64,000 nucleotides of DNA, taken from assembly GCF_965229135.1 (NCBI RefSeq), contig NZ_OZ245860.1:1231849-1295848 (forward strand). The letters run 5' to 3'. The DNA is from Mesorhizobium sp. (GTDB lineage Bacteria > Pseudomonadota > Alphaproteobacteria > Rhizobiales > Rhizobiaceae). Of the stretch, positions 1 through 9,326 are shown piece after piece (the stretch's first letter is position 1; every line of letters starts with the position of its first letter). Both the position numbers and the translations under genes were made by a program. A model generated the notes under the pieces. The model saw nothing but the letters and a program-made list of their open reading frames with translations. It was not told where the DNA came from and searched no databases.

Positions 1-971
1 TAGAGCATCCGGCTGGTCGCGAAGAGCCCGCTGTTGCATGCGGACGCTGCTGCCGAAATCACGACAATGTTGACGATCGCGGCGGCGGCCGGAAGGCCTA
101 TGCGCGCGAAAACCAGTACGAAGGGGCTCGCCGTCGGATCGAGCTGATCCCAAGGATAGAGTGTCATGATCACCGTGAGCGCGCCGATATAGAAAATCAG
201 GATCCGGTAGATAATCCCGTTGAATGCTTTTGGAAGCGATTTGCCGGGGTCCTTCACCTCTCCGGCGGTCAGCCCCAGGACCTCCGTGCCACCGAAGGAA
301 AAGGCGGCGATCGGGAGCGCGAGCAGCACGCCCATGGCACCATGCGGAAAGACGCCCCCGTGCGACCAGAGGTTGGAGAAATCGGCGGGACCGGGAGTGC
401 CTTTCAAGCCAAAGAAAATGATCACCGAGCCCAATGCGATCATCGCCACGATCGTGACGACCTTGACCAGCGACAGCCAGAATTCGATCTCGCCATACAG
501 CTTTACGGAGATGATGTTCGCGCCATAGAGGACGATGACCGCGCAAAGCGCTGGGATCCATTGCGGCAGATCCGGGTACCAGTAGTGAAAATAGATTCCG
601 ATCGCGCTGACTTCCGCAACCCCCGCCAGGATCCAGTTCAACCAGTATGACCATCCCGTCAGAAATCCTGCCCAGGGGCCGATGAACTCCTCGGCATAGG
701 ACGCGAAGGACCCGGCGACGGGCCGATAGATCGCGAGTTCGCCTAGCGCCCTCGCGATCAGAAAGACAATGATCCCCGTGATCAGATAGTCCAGGAGCAG
801 ACCCGGGCCGGCCTTGTGGATGGCTTCGCCGGAGGCGAGGAACAGGCCGGCCCCGATAGCCCCGCCTATGGCAATGAACTGGACCTGACGATCGCCCAAG
901 GCGCGCGACAATTGACCAGGTTGGGTCTGGACCTTGGTGTCTGAACCTGTTGCCGCTATGGGCAGTGCCAC
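1..971 (-). CDS. amino acid permease, AAT/APC family (3' end cut by window edge)
   Basis: My own minus-strand translation from GTG at 971 reads VALPIAATGSDTKVQTQPGQLSRALGDRQVQFIAIGGAIGAGLFLASGEAIHKAGPG ... ACNSGLFATSRML. This is the N-terminal signature of AroP/GabP/CycA-type permeases. The frame stays open to base 1. It is absent from the ORF track because no stop lies in the window. Confidence 0.8.
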   Translation of the reverse strand, partial: MALPIAATGSDTKVQTQPGQLSRALGDRQVQFIAIGGAIGAGLFLASGEAIHKAGPGLLLDYLITGIIVFLIARALGELAIYRPVAGSFASYAEEFIGPWAGFLTGWSYWLNWILAGVAEVSAIGIYFHYWYPDLPQWIPALCAVIVLYGANIISVKLYGEIEFWLSLVKVVTIVAMIALGSVIIFFGLKGTPGPADFSNLWSHGGVFPHGAMGVLLALPIAAFSFGGTEVLGLTAGEVKDPGKSLPKAFNGIIYRILIFYIGALTVIMTLYPWDQLDPTASPFVLVFARIGLPAAAAIVNIVVISAAASACNSGLFATSRML

Positions 972-987
972 AAGGGGACTGCCAAGT

Positions 988-2958
988 TCACTCAAGATTG
1001 CCAACCTTCAGGGGGTGATTAGAGCGCGCGGGGTTGGTTTCACTCGCTTTGGGCGTATCCCTGCTTGGTGCCGCGGGTTGAGACCGGTCATGCGCGATGA
1101 TCCGGCCAATTTCCTTTTTCATGATCTCGAGATAGGACTGCCAGCTCTCGGGATAGCTCGCGACCTTGACGATCCACGGATGGAGCACGCAACACCTGAG
1201 AACATAGACGTTGTGGATACGGTTCCATTCCGCCTCCGGGATTCCCAGACGGCCGACCAGCCCCATCGGGGCATTGCCATAGGAATCGAATTCAAGGACG
1301 GTGTGCGACGTAATCCAGTCGTCGGCGTATAGCGGTCCGCCTTCATAGGACGACGCCTTGTAGATCTGGGCATTCAGATCGTTCATTCTGGTCAGATCAG
1401 TGTTGCCCTTATAGTTGAAGGCCATGCAGACCACATTGAAATCCGGGCCGTCGAGCAACTGCTCGCAGACGATAACCTGGTCACCGACCGTGAATTCCCG
1501 GACGCTTTCCAGTGCCTTGGCGAAATGGGCGGCGCCGGCAACGCTGCGACCGATCAACTGCCCGTATCCGGCAATGTTGAGCGGCAGGAGTCTGTGCGCC
1601 GCCCACACGCCGGCCGCCGCGGCGCCTGATTTGGAGCCTTCAAGTATGACGCTGCCGAGGTTCATTTCCAGATTTTGCTTGTTGTCGAACACGTAGGCCG
1701 CATCGTAGGAAACAAGCCCCAGGATGCGTTTGTCCCGCAACGCTATGCCGCCCGCGGCATAGGGAATGTAGCCCATCTTGTGCGGATCGATGGTGATCGA
1801 ATCCGCCAAGGGCATCGCGCGATATGCGCTCCAGACATCCTCGGACGGGAACATGGCCTCCGAAACCGGAACACCCATCCCGGCAATCCTGGCGCGGACA
1901 TCGGCGAAGCTCATGAAACGGTTGCCCTCGTCGAGGAACACCGCCCGCCCGTAACCGCCATAGGCCGCATCGACGTGAAAGTAGAACGACAGACCCTGCT
2001 TGACATATTCGTCGCGCAGCGCGGCGACGGCGGCGATGTCATCGACAGCCCCCTCCTCCGTCGTCGCGACCACGGCAACGATGGATATGATTGGCGTCCT
2101 GGACTTGATACAGGCGTCGATCGCCGATCGCAGCGCGCCGATGTCCATGCGATACCGATCCGTGACGGGGATCCGGATGAGATTGTCGACGCCGATGCCG
2201 AGAACATCGGCCGCCTTGTCCCAGGAGTAGTGCCGGGTCTGCGGCACAATGATCTTTCCGAGCTTGCCTCCGCCGGCGCCGCGCGCCCGCGCCGATGCCT
2301 TCAAGACAAGGCCGAAGGTCTTCTGCTCTTTGGTCCGATCGACCAGATCGAGGATCTGGGTCACGGACAGGTTGAGCAGTTGCCAGTCGTCGAGACCTTT
2401 GACGAGCTCGGGACTGACCTCCTTCACCGCCAGCGGGAACGATTTGAGGTTGCGGGCCAGCCACAGCGATTCATAGTTCGCTATCGTGCCGTCCGACGTG
2501 ATGTGGCCCCAGGAACGATCCGCATCGTAGCCAAGCAATTTCGCGAAATCGCCACCGCACTCGAGTTCCATATGGGCGGTTGCGACCGAGGATTCGTAGG
2601 CGACATTGTTCGGGTTGTACATCGTGGCCGCCATCTGGGCGAGGTTGGCCACCATCAACGTGTCCGAATTCATGTGACCGAGGTAGCGTGTCGAGAACCA
2701 GGGCGTCGAACTGTCCTTCAGCTTCGCCGACACCATGTTCAAGACGGCGGTCGTACGGTCGAGAGTGGAGGTGAACGGCGGTTGCCGCATTTCGCTCGGT
2801 TCGACCATCTCGTCGTCGGCCGGATGGAAGTCACGCCGCCAATGGACGTGCTCGTCCATCAGGAAATCGAGCGTTGTCTTGAAGAAGGCCTGGTTCTCCG
2901 ATTTCGGACCGAGAAAGAGGGCTTCGACGACAATCGGTTCTTGGCTTAAAATTTTCAC
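988..2958 (-). CDS. PLP-dependent group II amino acid decarboxylase (tyrosine decarboxylase/MfnA-like, 656 aa)
   Basis: 656-aa ORF with a lysine-PLP motif region ITIDPHKMGYIPYAAGGIAL and the HVDAAYGGY motif typical of group II decarboxylases. GTG start at 2958. Confidence 0.85.
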   Translation of the reverse strand: MKILSQEPIVVEALFLGPKSENQAFFKTTLDFLMDEHVHWRRDFHPADDEMVEPSEMRQPPFTSTLDRTTAVLNMVSAKLKDSSTPWFSTRYLGHMNSDTLMVANLAQMAATMYNPNNVAYESSVATAHMELECGGDFAKLLGYDADRSWGHITSDGTIANYESLWLARNLKSFPLAVKEVSPELVKGLDDWQLLNLSVTQILDLVDRTKEQKTFGLVLKASARARGAGGGKLGKIIVPQTRHYSWDKAADVLGIGVDNLIRIPVTDRYRMDIGALRSAIDACIKSRTPIISIVAVVATTEEGAVDDIAAVAALRDEYVKQGLSFYFHVDAAYGGYGRAVFLDEGNRFMSFADVRARIAGMGVPVSEAMFPSEDVWSAYRAMPLADSITIDPHKMGYIPYAAGGIALRDKRILGLVSYDAAYVFDNKQNLEMNLGSVILEGSKSGAAAAGVWAAHRLLPLNIAGYGQLIGRSVAGAAHFAKALESVREFTVGDQVIVCEQLLDGPDFNVVCMAFNYKGNTDLTRMNDLNAQIYKASSYEGGPLYADDWITSHTVLEFDSYGNAPMGLVGRLGIPEAEWNRIHNVYVLRCCVLHPWIVKVASYPESWQSYLEIMKKEIGRIIAHDRSQPAAPSRDTPKASETNPARSNHPLKVGNLE

Positions 2959-3030
2959 GGTTGCACTCAGCTTTCAGAATTTTGCACGGATAGTGCGGGA
3001 ATGGTTCGTCTGCGGGCTTGTCTTGCGTCG

Positions 3031-4464
3031 CTAAGCGACGGGCAGCGGAATGACAGCGACCTGCTTCCAGTTGGCTTTGCGGAGGCGATAGATCGCGATC
3101 GGGATCAGGCACACCACGATCGTGCCGATGATCATGAAGAGTTCGAACGGCAGCGGGTCTTCCTTGACCTGCGTAGGCGGCAGCAGCGAGATCACGAAAA
3201 TGAAGGCGGCGGCGACAATCCCCCACCCGGCCATGAGCCACATGCCGAGCTTGCCTCCGGGTATCCGGAACTTTCGCGGCGTGTCCGGCTGGCTGTATCG
3301 CAACCGGATGGCGGCCGCGTACATGAAGAAATACATGACGATATAGACTGAAGTCGTCAGGGCGAAGAGCGCCCAGAAGCCGGCGCTGACGCCGCCTGGC
3401 AGCACAACGAAGACCGCTCCCCAGAACGTCACCAGAACAGCCTGCAGGAACATGAGCGCGGTCGGTACACCCTGCTTGTTTTCCTTTTGGAACACCGCGG
3501 GCAGAAGTCCGTCGCGCGCTGCCACACTCAGTCCGCGCACCGGGCCCAGCACCCAGGCGATAACTTCGCCCACGGCCCCGACGATGATGAGAACACCGAC
3601 GACAGGGGTAATCCAGCTAAGCCCCGGACCGAAAACGACCTGAAAGCTCTGCATGATTCCGGCGATCAGGCTCAGGTTCTTCACCGGAACGATCCACGCA
3701 ACGACCAGGCCGCCGATTACGCTTGTGACCGCCATGATAACGCCGACGACGAGGATCGCGATCGGGTAGTCGCGGTTGGGGTTCTTCATTTCATTGGCGT
3801 GCGCGGCAGAGACCTCGATGCCAATGAAAAAGAAGACGAATGTGATCAGGAGAACGAGATCCCCGGCATCGGAGAACTGTGGAACGAGGTCCCTGGCCGA
3901 CGGGATCAGGGGAATGAGGACGGGGTGGCCAGTCCAGATATAGAGAATACCGCCGCCGATCAGAACGATCATGGGAATGAAAGCCCCCAGGATCACGAAG
4001 AGCGTCGTCCATCGGGCGTAGGTCTTCAAGCCTTGAAGATTGAGCAGCGTGGCTCCCCACCAGACGCCGACGACCACCGCGAAGATAAAGAGCTTGCTAT
4101 CGGCCAATGCGGGGTTGAACAGATAGGCGGCCGTGCCCGCGATAAAGGTCAGGATGCCGATGAAGCCTATGGTCATCTGAAACCACTGCAGCCAGATCGC
4201 GACGAAACCGCATTGCTCGCCGAAGGCCTCCTTCACCCAGACATAGACGCCGCCTTCCTTGGGCCAGCCAGTCGCGAGCTCAGCCGAAACGAGTGATGCC
4301 GGGATCAGGTAGAGAATGATCGCCAGTGCGTTGAAGGCGATGGTCTGCCAGCCCACGAGGGCCTGAAGCGGAAAGGTGCGGATGCTGATCAACACCGCGG
4401 ACGTAATCATGATGAACGTTGGCAGTGACAGGGAATAGCTGGTTGGTTTTGCAGCTGTCGCCAT
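3031..4464 (-). CDS. APC-family amino acid/amine antiporter (GadC/TyrP-like)
   Basis: Polytopic membrane protein. The N-terminus ...LSLPTFIMITSAVLISIRTFP...SAELATGWPKEGGVYVWV resembles the glutamate:GABA antiporter family. I prefer the ATG at 4464 (GGAAG 6 nt upstream) over the track start at 4512. Confidence 0.85.
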   Translation of the reverse strand: MATAAKPTSYSLSLPTFIMITSAVLISIRTFPLQALVGWQTIAFNALAIILYLIPASLVSAELATGWPKEGGVYVWVKEAFGEQCGFVAIWLQWFQMTIGFIGILTFIAGTAAYLFNPALADSKLFIFAVVVGVWWGATLLNLQGLKTYARWTTLFVILGAFIPMIVLIGGGILYIWTGHPVLIPLIPSARDLVPQFSDAGDLVLLITFVFFFIGIEVSAAHANEMKNPNRDYPIAILVVGVIMAVTSVIGGLVVAWIVPVKNLSLIAGIMQSFQVVFGPGLSWITPVVGVLIIVGAVGEVIAWVLGPVRGLSVAARDGLLPAVFQKENKQGVPTALMFLQAVLVTFWGAVFVVLPGGVSAGFWALFALTTSVYIVMYFFMYAAAIRLRYSQPDTPRKFRIPGGKLGMWLMAGWGIVAAAFIFVISLLPPTQVKEDPLPFELFMIIGTIVVCLIPIAIYRLRKANWKQVAVIPLPVA

Positions 4465-4617
4465 GATGTCTTCCGATCCAATTGACTGTGCTTGAATGTC
4501 GCCGATTGCCATTGCCCGGCGCGATACGGTCGGCCGGAGCGATGAATCTCGTGAGCTCGATCATGAGCGCCCAAAACTTGTGTCGAATGGGTTTGATGGC
4601 AAAACGGATTAATTGAA

Positions 4618-4635
4618 AGCATCGGAAACTACCTA
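4618..4635 (-). promoter_or_regulatory. island motif copy A (TAGGTAGTTTCCGATGCT), directed toward the antiporter/decarboxylase operon
   Basis: Matches the 18-nt consensus TGAGTAGTTTCCGACSCT. It lies about 150 nt upstream of, and is co-oriented with, the start at 4464. It is the only copy without a clear TAnnnT hexamer at the expected distance. Confidence 0.45.
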
Positions 4636-4737
4636 CGGTCCGAGGGGGCCGAAGCGAAATTTCCAGGAACATCTCCGCGCGCTAATACGAACGCAGGCAG
4701 GGCCGAGCCGCTGCGTGCCCGCCGATATCTAATCGCC

Positions 4738-4755
4738 TGCGTAGTTTCCGACCCT
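4738..4755 (+). promoter_or_regulatory. island motif copy B (TGCGTAGTTTCCGACCCT) with -10-like TAAGGT at 4778-4783
   Basis: Back-to-back with copy A and co-oriented with the PRC-barrel gene. 22 nt separate the motif from the TAnnnT hexamer. Confidence 0.5.
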
Positions 4756-4955
4756 GTGGGCGCGATCCCTAGAAGGCTAAGGTCAGTTCCAGGCAGCGCG
4801 CCGGCCGGATAAAGGACGATGAATCCTGCACCTCCGGCCAGGTCCCAGGCTCTTTGCTTTGCCTTGGCCTGGCGATGCCGCTGGTATCGATGGCTGATCC
4901 CGCTGCTGTATCACCGACACCTGCGAAACAGACCACGGATACAAGGAAGCTCATA

Positions 4956-5729
4956 ATGTTGAGGCACAAATCAGAAATCATCGGTTATGCCATCGCGGCA
5001 AGCGACGGTGTGATCGGTACCGTTACCGACGTCCTGTTCGATGACACGAACTGGATCATTCGATGGTTGGTTGTCGACACCGGCAAGTGGCTCTCGGGCC
5101 GCAAGGTGCTTCTGCACCCTTCGGCGCTAAAGCACGTCAATCATAGGGGTCACCAGTTCTCCGTCAAACTCACGATGCAACAGGTCAAGGACAGCCCGGA
5201 TATCGACACGGATCAACCGGTGACGCGGCAAATGGAAACCAGCATCTACGATCACTACCCATGGGGTGCGCCCTATTGGTCGACGCCATATTATATGGGC
5301 GGATACGGCTACTACGTGAACGGCTTCGGCTATATGGGCGGGCCAATGGAGGAACAGCTTTCCGATGACGACATTCCACGCCGGCACGGCGATCCGAGCC
5401 TGCGCAGCATGAAATCGGTGAGCGGATATCATATCCATGCGACCGACGGCGAGATCGGCCACGCCGAGGACTTTCTTGTCGACGACAAGGATTGGAGCAT
5501 CCATTATCTGGTGGTCGACACGAACAACTGGTGGCTTGGAAAAAGGGTTCTGATCTCGCCATGGTTTGCGACGGAGATCAGCTGGAGGGATAGGCTGATC
5601 AACGTCGACGTCACCCGACAGACGGTCAAGGACAGCCCGGCCTATGATGCCGCCACCGTGGTGGACCTTGATTACGAGAGGCATTTCCAAAGTCACTACG
5701 GTGATGGGCAACCCAACCTCCACCACTGA
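4956..5729 (+). CDS. PRC-barrel domain protein (two PRC-barrel repeats)
   Basis: Repeated signature IGYAIAASDGVIGTVTDVLFDD..W.IRWLVVDTG and SGYHIHATDGEIGHAEDFLVDDKDWSIHYLVVDT. The ATG at 4956 is preceded by AAGGAAG, so the track start at 4854 is probably too long. Confidence 0.85.
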   Translation: MLRHKSEIIGYAIAASDGVIGTVTDVLFDDTNWIIRWLVVDTGKWLSGRKVLLHPSALKHVNHRGHQFSVKLTMQQVKDSPDIDTDQPVTRQMETSIYDHYPWGAPYWSTPYYMGGYGYYVNGFGYMGGPMEEQLSDDDIPRRHGDPSLRSMKSVSGYHIHATDGEIGHAEDFLVDDKDWSIHYLVVDTNNWWLGKRVLISPWFATEISWRDRLINVDVTRQTVKDSPAYDAATVVDLDYERHFQSHYGDGQPNLHH

Positions 5730-5994
5730 GGTCTTGCCCGGTCTTTTCTGACACTATCATCAGGAGGGATCGGGCGAAGCCGATCCCTGTGAGCTGAGCG
5801 CGGCTGCGCATCGCGCAACAACGCCATGGTGTCGCGCTGGCCTCCATTTGGCGAGTGCGACCGCCGCCCGGAGCCATGTAGTTCATTGAAGATAGCCTGG
5901 ACGGCCGCATGGATTGGAGCTTCTTCGGCCACGTTACAGGCAGGTCCGAGCCTGCACGACAGACCACGAAAACGTTGCTGGCGAGGTTTCGGCG

Positions 5995-6315
5995 TTAGAT
6001 GTCGGATTTGGCCGGGTCAGTGTCGATGTCGGGGCCACGCCAACGAGGTATGCTGAGCTTACCCGTTATGCGGCGGCCCGGAAGACTGCGATCCATCCGG
6101 GTTTCTCCGGCATTGTCACCCAGCCCCAAGCCCGTTCCCGCGCTGGTGTCGCCCGTTGCCCCTCCGAGGTCGAACCCGGGCCGATCCACCGCGCCAGCCA
6201 TGGGCGCTCTTTCCGCGACAATTCGATTCAGGCCCTCGCCCGCGTACTTTCTCCTGGCCTTCTTGAGCCAGGTCGAACCGGACGGCAAAAATCCATGATC
6301 TTTATCGTTTTTCAT
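5995..6315 (-). CDS. hypothetical protein (about 106 aa, Gly/Asp-rich)
   Basis: Internal ATG at 6315 of ORF 5995..6528 (MKNDKDHGFLPSGSTWLKKARRKYAGEGLNR...). Supported mainly by motif copy H lying upstream and co-oriented. I recognise no family. Confidence 0.35.
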   Translation of the reverse strand: MKNDKDHGFLPSGSTWLKKARRKYAGEGLNRIVAERAPMAGAVDRPGFDLGGATGDTSAGTGLGLGDNAGETRMDRSLPGRRITGKLSIPRWRGPDIDTDPAKSDI

Positions 6316-6449
6316 GATGTCACCAAAACCAGAATGTCCAAGGACCAGGAAACAGTTCATCGGAGCGATCGCGTACAGACGGCGCCCTCGATCAAGTCGG
6401 GCACAAGCGACCGTCTGACGCCACCGTACGATCATGCCGAGCCGAGGAA

Positions 6450-6467
6450 AGACTCGGAAACTACTCA
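6450..6467 (-). promoter_or_regulatory. island motif copy H (TGAGTAGTTTCCGAGTCT) with -10-like TACGGT at 6423-6428
   Basis: Lies just downstream of the MscS stop and is co-oriented with the ORF starting at 6315. 21-nt gap to the TAnnnT hexamer. Confidence 0.45.
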
Positions 6468-6493
6468 GATTGACAGTACGAGCGCGAACCAGA

Positions 6494-7558
6494 TCATCGC
6501 CACTTCGGAAACAAGACCCGGCCGGCATCGGCGTTGAGTTTAACGAGCATCTTTCGCAGGAGCACGGTCTTCACGCGCCCGGCTTCCTTGGGATCGACGA
6601 GATAGCGCACCACCGCGTCCAGCCAGCCATCCTCGTTCGTACGGAAGAAGACCGTGGGCTCCTCCCGCACGTCGATCTGGTCGACCGGCGTCTTTTCCAG
6701 AACGGATCGGTAGGCGCGAATGCGCTGCGCCATGACCGCGCCGACCTCTTCCGTAGCCACGCCCAGCAAGATATCAGACACGAAATCCAGGTCGCTGTCA
6801 TACGCGACGTAGAAGCGGATCTCATCCCAAATGTAAGGAAAGAGCTCCCAGGAGTAGTTATAGACCGGAGCACTCAGCACGATCGAATTCGGGAATTTGA
6901 CGATGCGCCCGCTTGGATGATCGGTGGAAAGATATTGGCCCCCAAACTCCCAAAGCGTGGTGTCGAAATAGCTCACGTCGATGACATCTCCGGTCACGCC
7001 GGCGATCTTGATGCGATCGCCGACCCGATAGGGCTTGCGCGACAGAACATAGATCCAGCCGACAAAGCTGGTCATCGGCGTCTGCAGCGCAAAACCCGTT
7101 ACAATCGAGAAGATGCCGATCGCTACGGGCACCGTGTACCAGGTCTGGGAAATCGCGGAGAGAAAGACCAGACAAACCAAGGCTATTGCAATCAGCCTGA
7201 CGACCAGACGCAGGTTGAAAAACGTCACATTGTCATTGAGGGTCTTCTTGTTGATGACAGCATCCGCCAGCCTTTGGACGGCAAGTATGAGCCCGCTCAA
7301 AAGGGCGGCAAGCAGCAGATGAACCGTCAGCGAGCCGTATGACGCGGAGACGCCGAAAGCGGCTGCCCCCAGCTTGATGTAGGCCGCCAGGAGCGCCCCG
7401 GGAACCAGCACGCCAAGCACATACCAGTATGTCCGATGCCCATGCCCGCTTCTGTGTTTCTTACCAGCCGCGCTCATCGCCACGGCTTCGTGCATCGCAT
7501 GTTTGACGGGATCCGTGTTCCCACGCACCACCTTCTCGCTCGTCTTGGGATTGATCAT
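6494..7558 (-). CDS. mechanosensitive ion channel, MscS family
   Basis: TM helices followed by the MscS beta-domain signature YRVGDRIKIAGVTGDVIDVSYFDTTLWEFGG. The ATG at 7558 (MINPKTSEK) avoids overlap with the upstream gene; the start is uncertain. Confidence 0.85.
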   Translation of the reverse strand: MINPKTSEKVVRGNTDPVKHAMHEAVAMSAAGKKHRSGHGHRTYWYVLGVLVPGALLAAYIKLGAAAFGVSASYGSLTVHLLLAALLSGLILAVQRLADAVINKKTLNDNVTFFNLRLVVRLIAIALVCLVFLSAISQTWYTVPVAIGIFSIVTGFALQTPMTSFVGWIYVLSRKPYRVGDRIKIAGVTGDVIDVSYFDTTLWEFGGQYLSTDHPSGRIVKFPNSIVLSAPVYNYSWELFPYIWDEIRFYVAYDSDLDFVSDILLGVATEEVGAVMAQRIRAYRSVLEKTPVDQIDVREEPTVFFRTNEDGWLDAVVRYLVDPKEAGRVKTVLLRKMLVKLNADAGRVLFPKWR

Positions 7559-7592
7559 CGCGACAGGCCCGCCTGAACGGTGGCAGACGATC

Positions 7593-9209
7593 CTACGCCC
7601 ATGGCACGGCCGTGCGCGCGAACTGGTGCCAACGATGGCGCAGCCCTTTCTCGCCGTGCTCCAGTTCGGCCGCCTGACTGGCCAGGATGGCAGCGATGGC
7701 GCCATTGGGGTGAGCCAGTTCCTGCCTATGCTTCAACTCGCCTATTAATCCGGGCGTGCGGGCAATGTCATTGAAACGTCCTAGCGTATCCTGGAGGCGC
7801 GCCAAAGCTTGCGCATAACGCTTCATCTGTTTCGTCTTGCCGACCACGGGAAGCAGGAAATCAGCGACATAACGCAGCTTCTTGAGGGCTATCCGCAACT
7901 GATGGCGCTGATCGGCAGCAAGATGATCAAAGTGCCTGCCGCGCTTTATCGCCTTTCGATGCAGCGCACCGAGCACATCGACCGCAAAGCGCCTTGTTGG
8001 TTTTGACAACTGCGCAAGCCCTTCAGGCGTGGCGTCGCCGCGCCACCCGCGCTGCCGCGCCCACAGGCCCAGTTCGAGCAGGAAGCGGGCGACGTGCTCG
8101 TCCGTCGTTGCTAGACGCCCTTTCTGATGTGCCTCTCGGCGAGCCGTCGCCGCCGTACCGCGAAGATCGTCGTATCCATTCACCGATACGCTTTTGCTCA
8201 AGATGGACGGCACGGTTTCAGTCGCGAAAACATCCCAGTCACGCGCATCTCCCAATGCCGCCTCCAGCCTCTTGGCTTCAGCGCGCAGGCTTTCGATCCT
8301 TGGGGACCCCGAGGTCCGCTTCACGAGGTCAAACGCGGCACGGACACGACGCAAGGCGACCCGCGCCTGATGCACGCCTTCCGGACTGTCGCTGTCACCC
8401 GCGAAGTGCAGATTGCCAACCAGATGCGTCAGGACGCTGGCGAATATCGCGGCGAAGGATTCATCGAGCGGTTGTCGTGGCGAAAGATCTGGTTGGCAAG
8501 CCTTGAGGGCCGTCGGCTTTGAGCCAAGCGCCAGATCGAAACCTCTGTCGGCCTTTGCCCTCGAGCTCGGCATAAGTACGCCTGACTGACCGAGAGCGAG
8601 TGCGAGTTGATAGAGCGCAGCCGTTGCGCCTGCCTTTAGTTCGAGTTCCACTTCGGCGACCGGTTCGGTCTTGTCACCCGAAACGACCCGCCCCCTGTCT
8701 ATTGCGACTTCAATGATGGACGAGGAAAACGACAGGGTTGTCTGCTCGCGGTCGATCTCGGTGGTGAACAGCGGTTCGAGAGCGGCTTCGCCGATTCTCT
8801 CCAGCACGTCCGCCGGCAACAGGCCCTGAAGCCGTATGCGGTCCACGTCCTGACTGGACACAGCGCACTCCCATTCGCCGCGCAGAAGCTCGTCAGAGGC
8901 GCTGTCTGCCGAGCTTTTCACCGTCATGACATAACCATCCCCGTCATCTCTTACGCGAAGCGTGAAGCCATCCTTTCGCAGCGCACGATCCGGCGTGTCG
9001 TAGTAGACAGACGTCAGCCGGCGTTTCTTGTGATCCAGGACATGTCCATGCAGGATCGGCGCGGCGGCAATATTGTCGAGTTCGTCCGGCTTTGCGACCA
9101 GCATCTTGAGTTCGATTTCTCGACCAATCCCCGCCGTGACGCTAGGCGGCGGCGCGTGGCCGCCGGAAACAGACGTTTGAATGCCGGGAACTGGTGCCCG
9201 CATGTTCAT
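7593..9209 (-). CDS. CYTH plus CHAD domain protein (triphosphate tunnel metalloenzyme family)
   Basis: N-terminal EIELKMLV... CYTH signature with acidic/basic tunnel residues. The C-terminal helical region (VHQARVALRRVRAAF..., LRIALKKLRY) is typical of CHAD. Confidence 0.85.
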   Translation of the reverse strand: MNMRAPVPGIQTSVSGGHAPPPSVTAGIGREIELKMLVAKPDELDNIAAAPILHGHVLDHKKRRLTSVYYDTPDRALRKDGFTLRVRDDGDGYVMTVKSSADSASDELLRGEWECAVSSQDVDRIRLQGLLPADVLERIGEAALEPLFTTEIDREQTTLSFSSSIIEVAIDRGRVVSGDKTEPVAEVELELKAGATAALYQLALALGQSGVLMPSSRAKADRGFDLALGSKPTALKACQPDLSPRQPLDESFAAIFASVLTHLVGNLHFAGDSDSPEGVHQARVALRRVRAAFDLVKRTSGSPRIESLRAEAKRLEAALGDARDWDVFATETVPSILSKSVSVNGYDDLRGTAATARREAHQKGRLATTDEHVARFLLELGLWARQRGWRGDATPEGLAQLSKPTRRFAVDVLGALHRKAIKRGRHFDHLAADQRHQLRIALKKLRYVADFLLPVVGKTKQMKRYAQALARLQDTLGRFNDIARTPGLIGELKHRQELAHPNGAIAAILASQAAELEHGEKGLRHRWHQFARTAVPWA

Positions 9210-9326
9210 GGCTTCCTCCGATGCCGGTTCGAATTGTGTTGGCTTTCCGCCAACGCTATCGCCGTCGAACGCGCGACGTCCGGCTATTGTGTCGAGGAGT
9301 ATAGGCTTGGCGCAGTGCTTTTCGGG

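Noticed and set aside
1675-2949. 424-aa plus-strand ORF.
   Set aside because: It lies fully antisense to the well-supported decarboxylase gene and its composition is Arg/Gly/His-rich and low in complexity. This is a typical shadow ORF of a high-GC genome. The same reasoning rejects these long antisense ORFs:
- 3487..4296(+)
- 17882..18799(+)
- 19305..20129(-)
- 21466..22659(+)
- 27668..28447(-)
- 33065..35032(+)
- 35379..36617(-)
- 35561..36589(+)
- 36618..38078(-)
- 43169..44617(-)
- 45831..47057(-)
- 47116..48696(-)
- 51372..52616(+)
- 58156..59091(+)
- 62031..62936(+)
- 63056..63970(-)
4666-4691. GGAAC-N17-CGAA between motif copies A and B, as a possible EcfG promoter for the PRC-barrel gene.
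   Set aside because: The -10 element is CGAA rather than the strongly conserved CGTT. It lies about 265 nt from the start codon. I do not count it as an EcfG site.
4618-4755. Motif pairs A/B and D/E (15661-15758) as terminal inverted repeats of MITE-like mobile elements.
   Set aside because: The interiors differ in length (102 versus 62 nt) and share no similarity, and there are no target-site duplications. Four other copies are solitary, and every copy is co-oriented with a gene start at promoter distance. Divergent promoters explain the inversion better.
5766-5787. Hairpin GGGATCGG-gcgaag-CCGATCCC after the PRC-barrel gene.
   Set aside because: It is an 8-bp stem with no following T-run, so I cannot support it as an intrinsic terminator from sequence alone.
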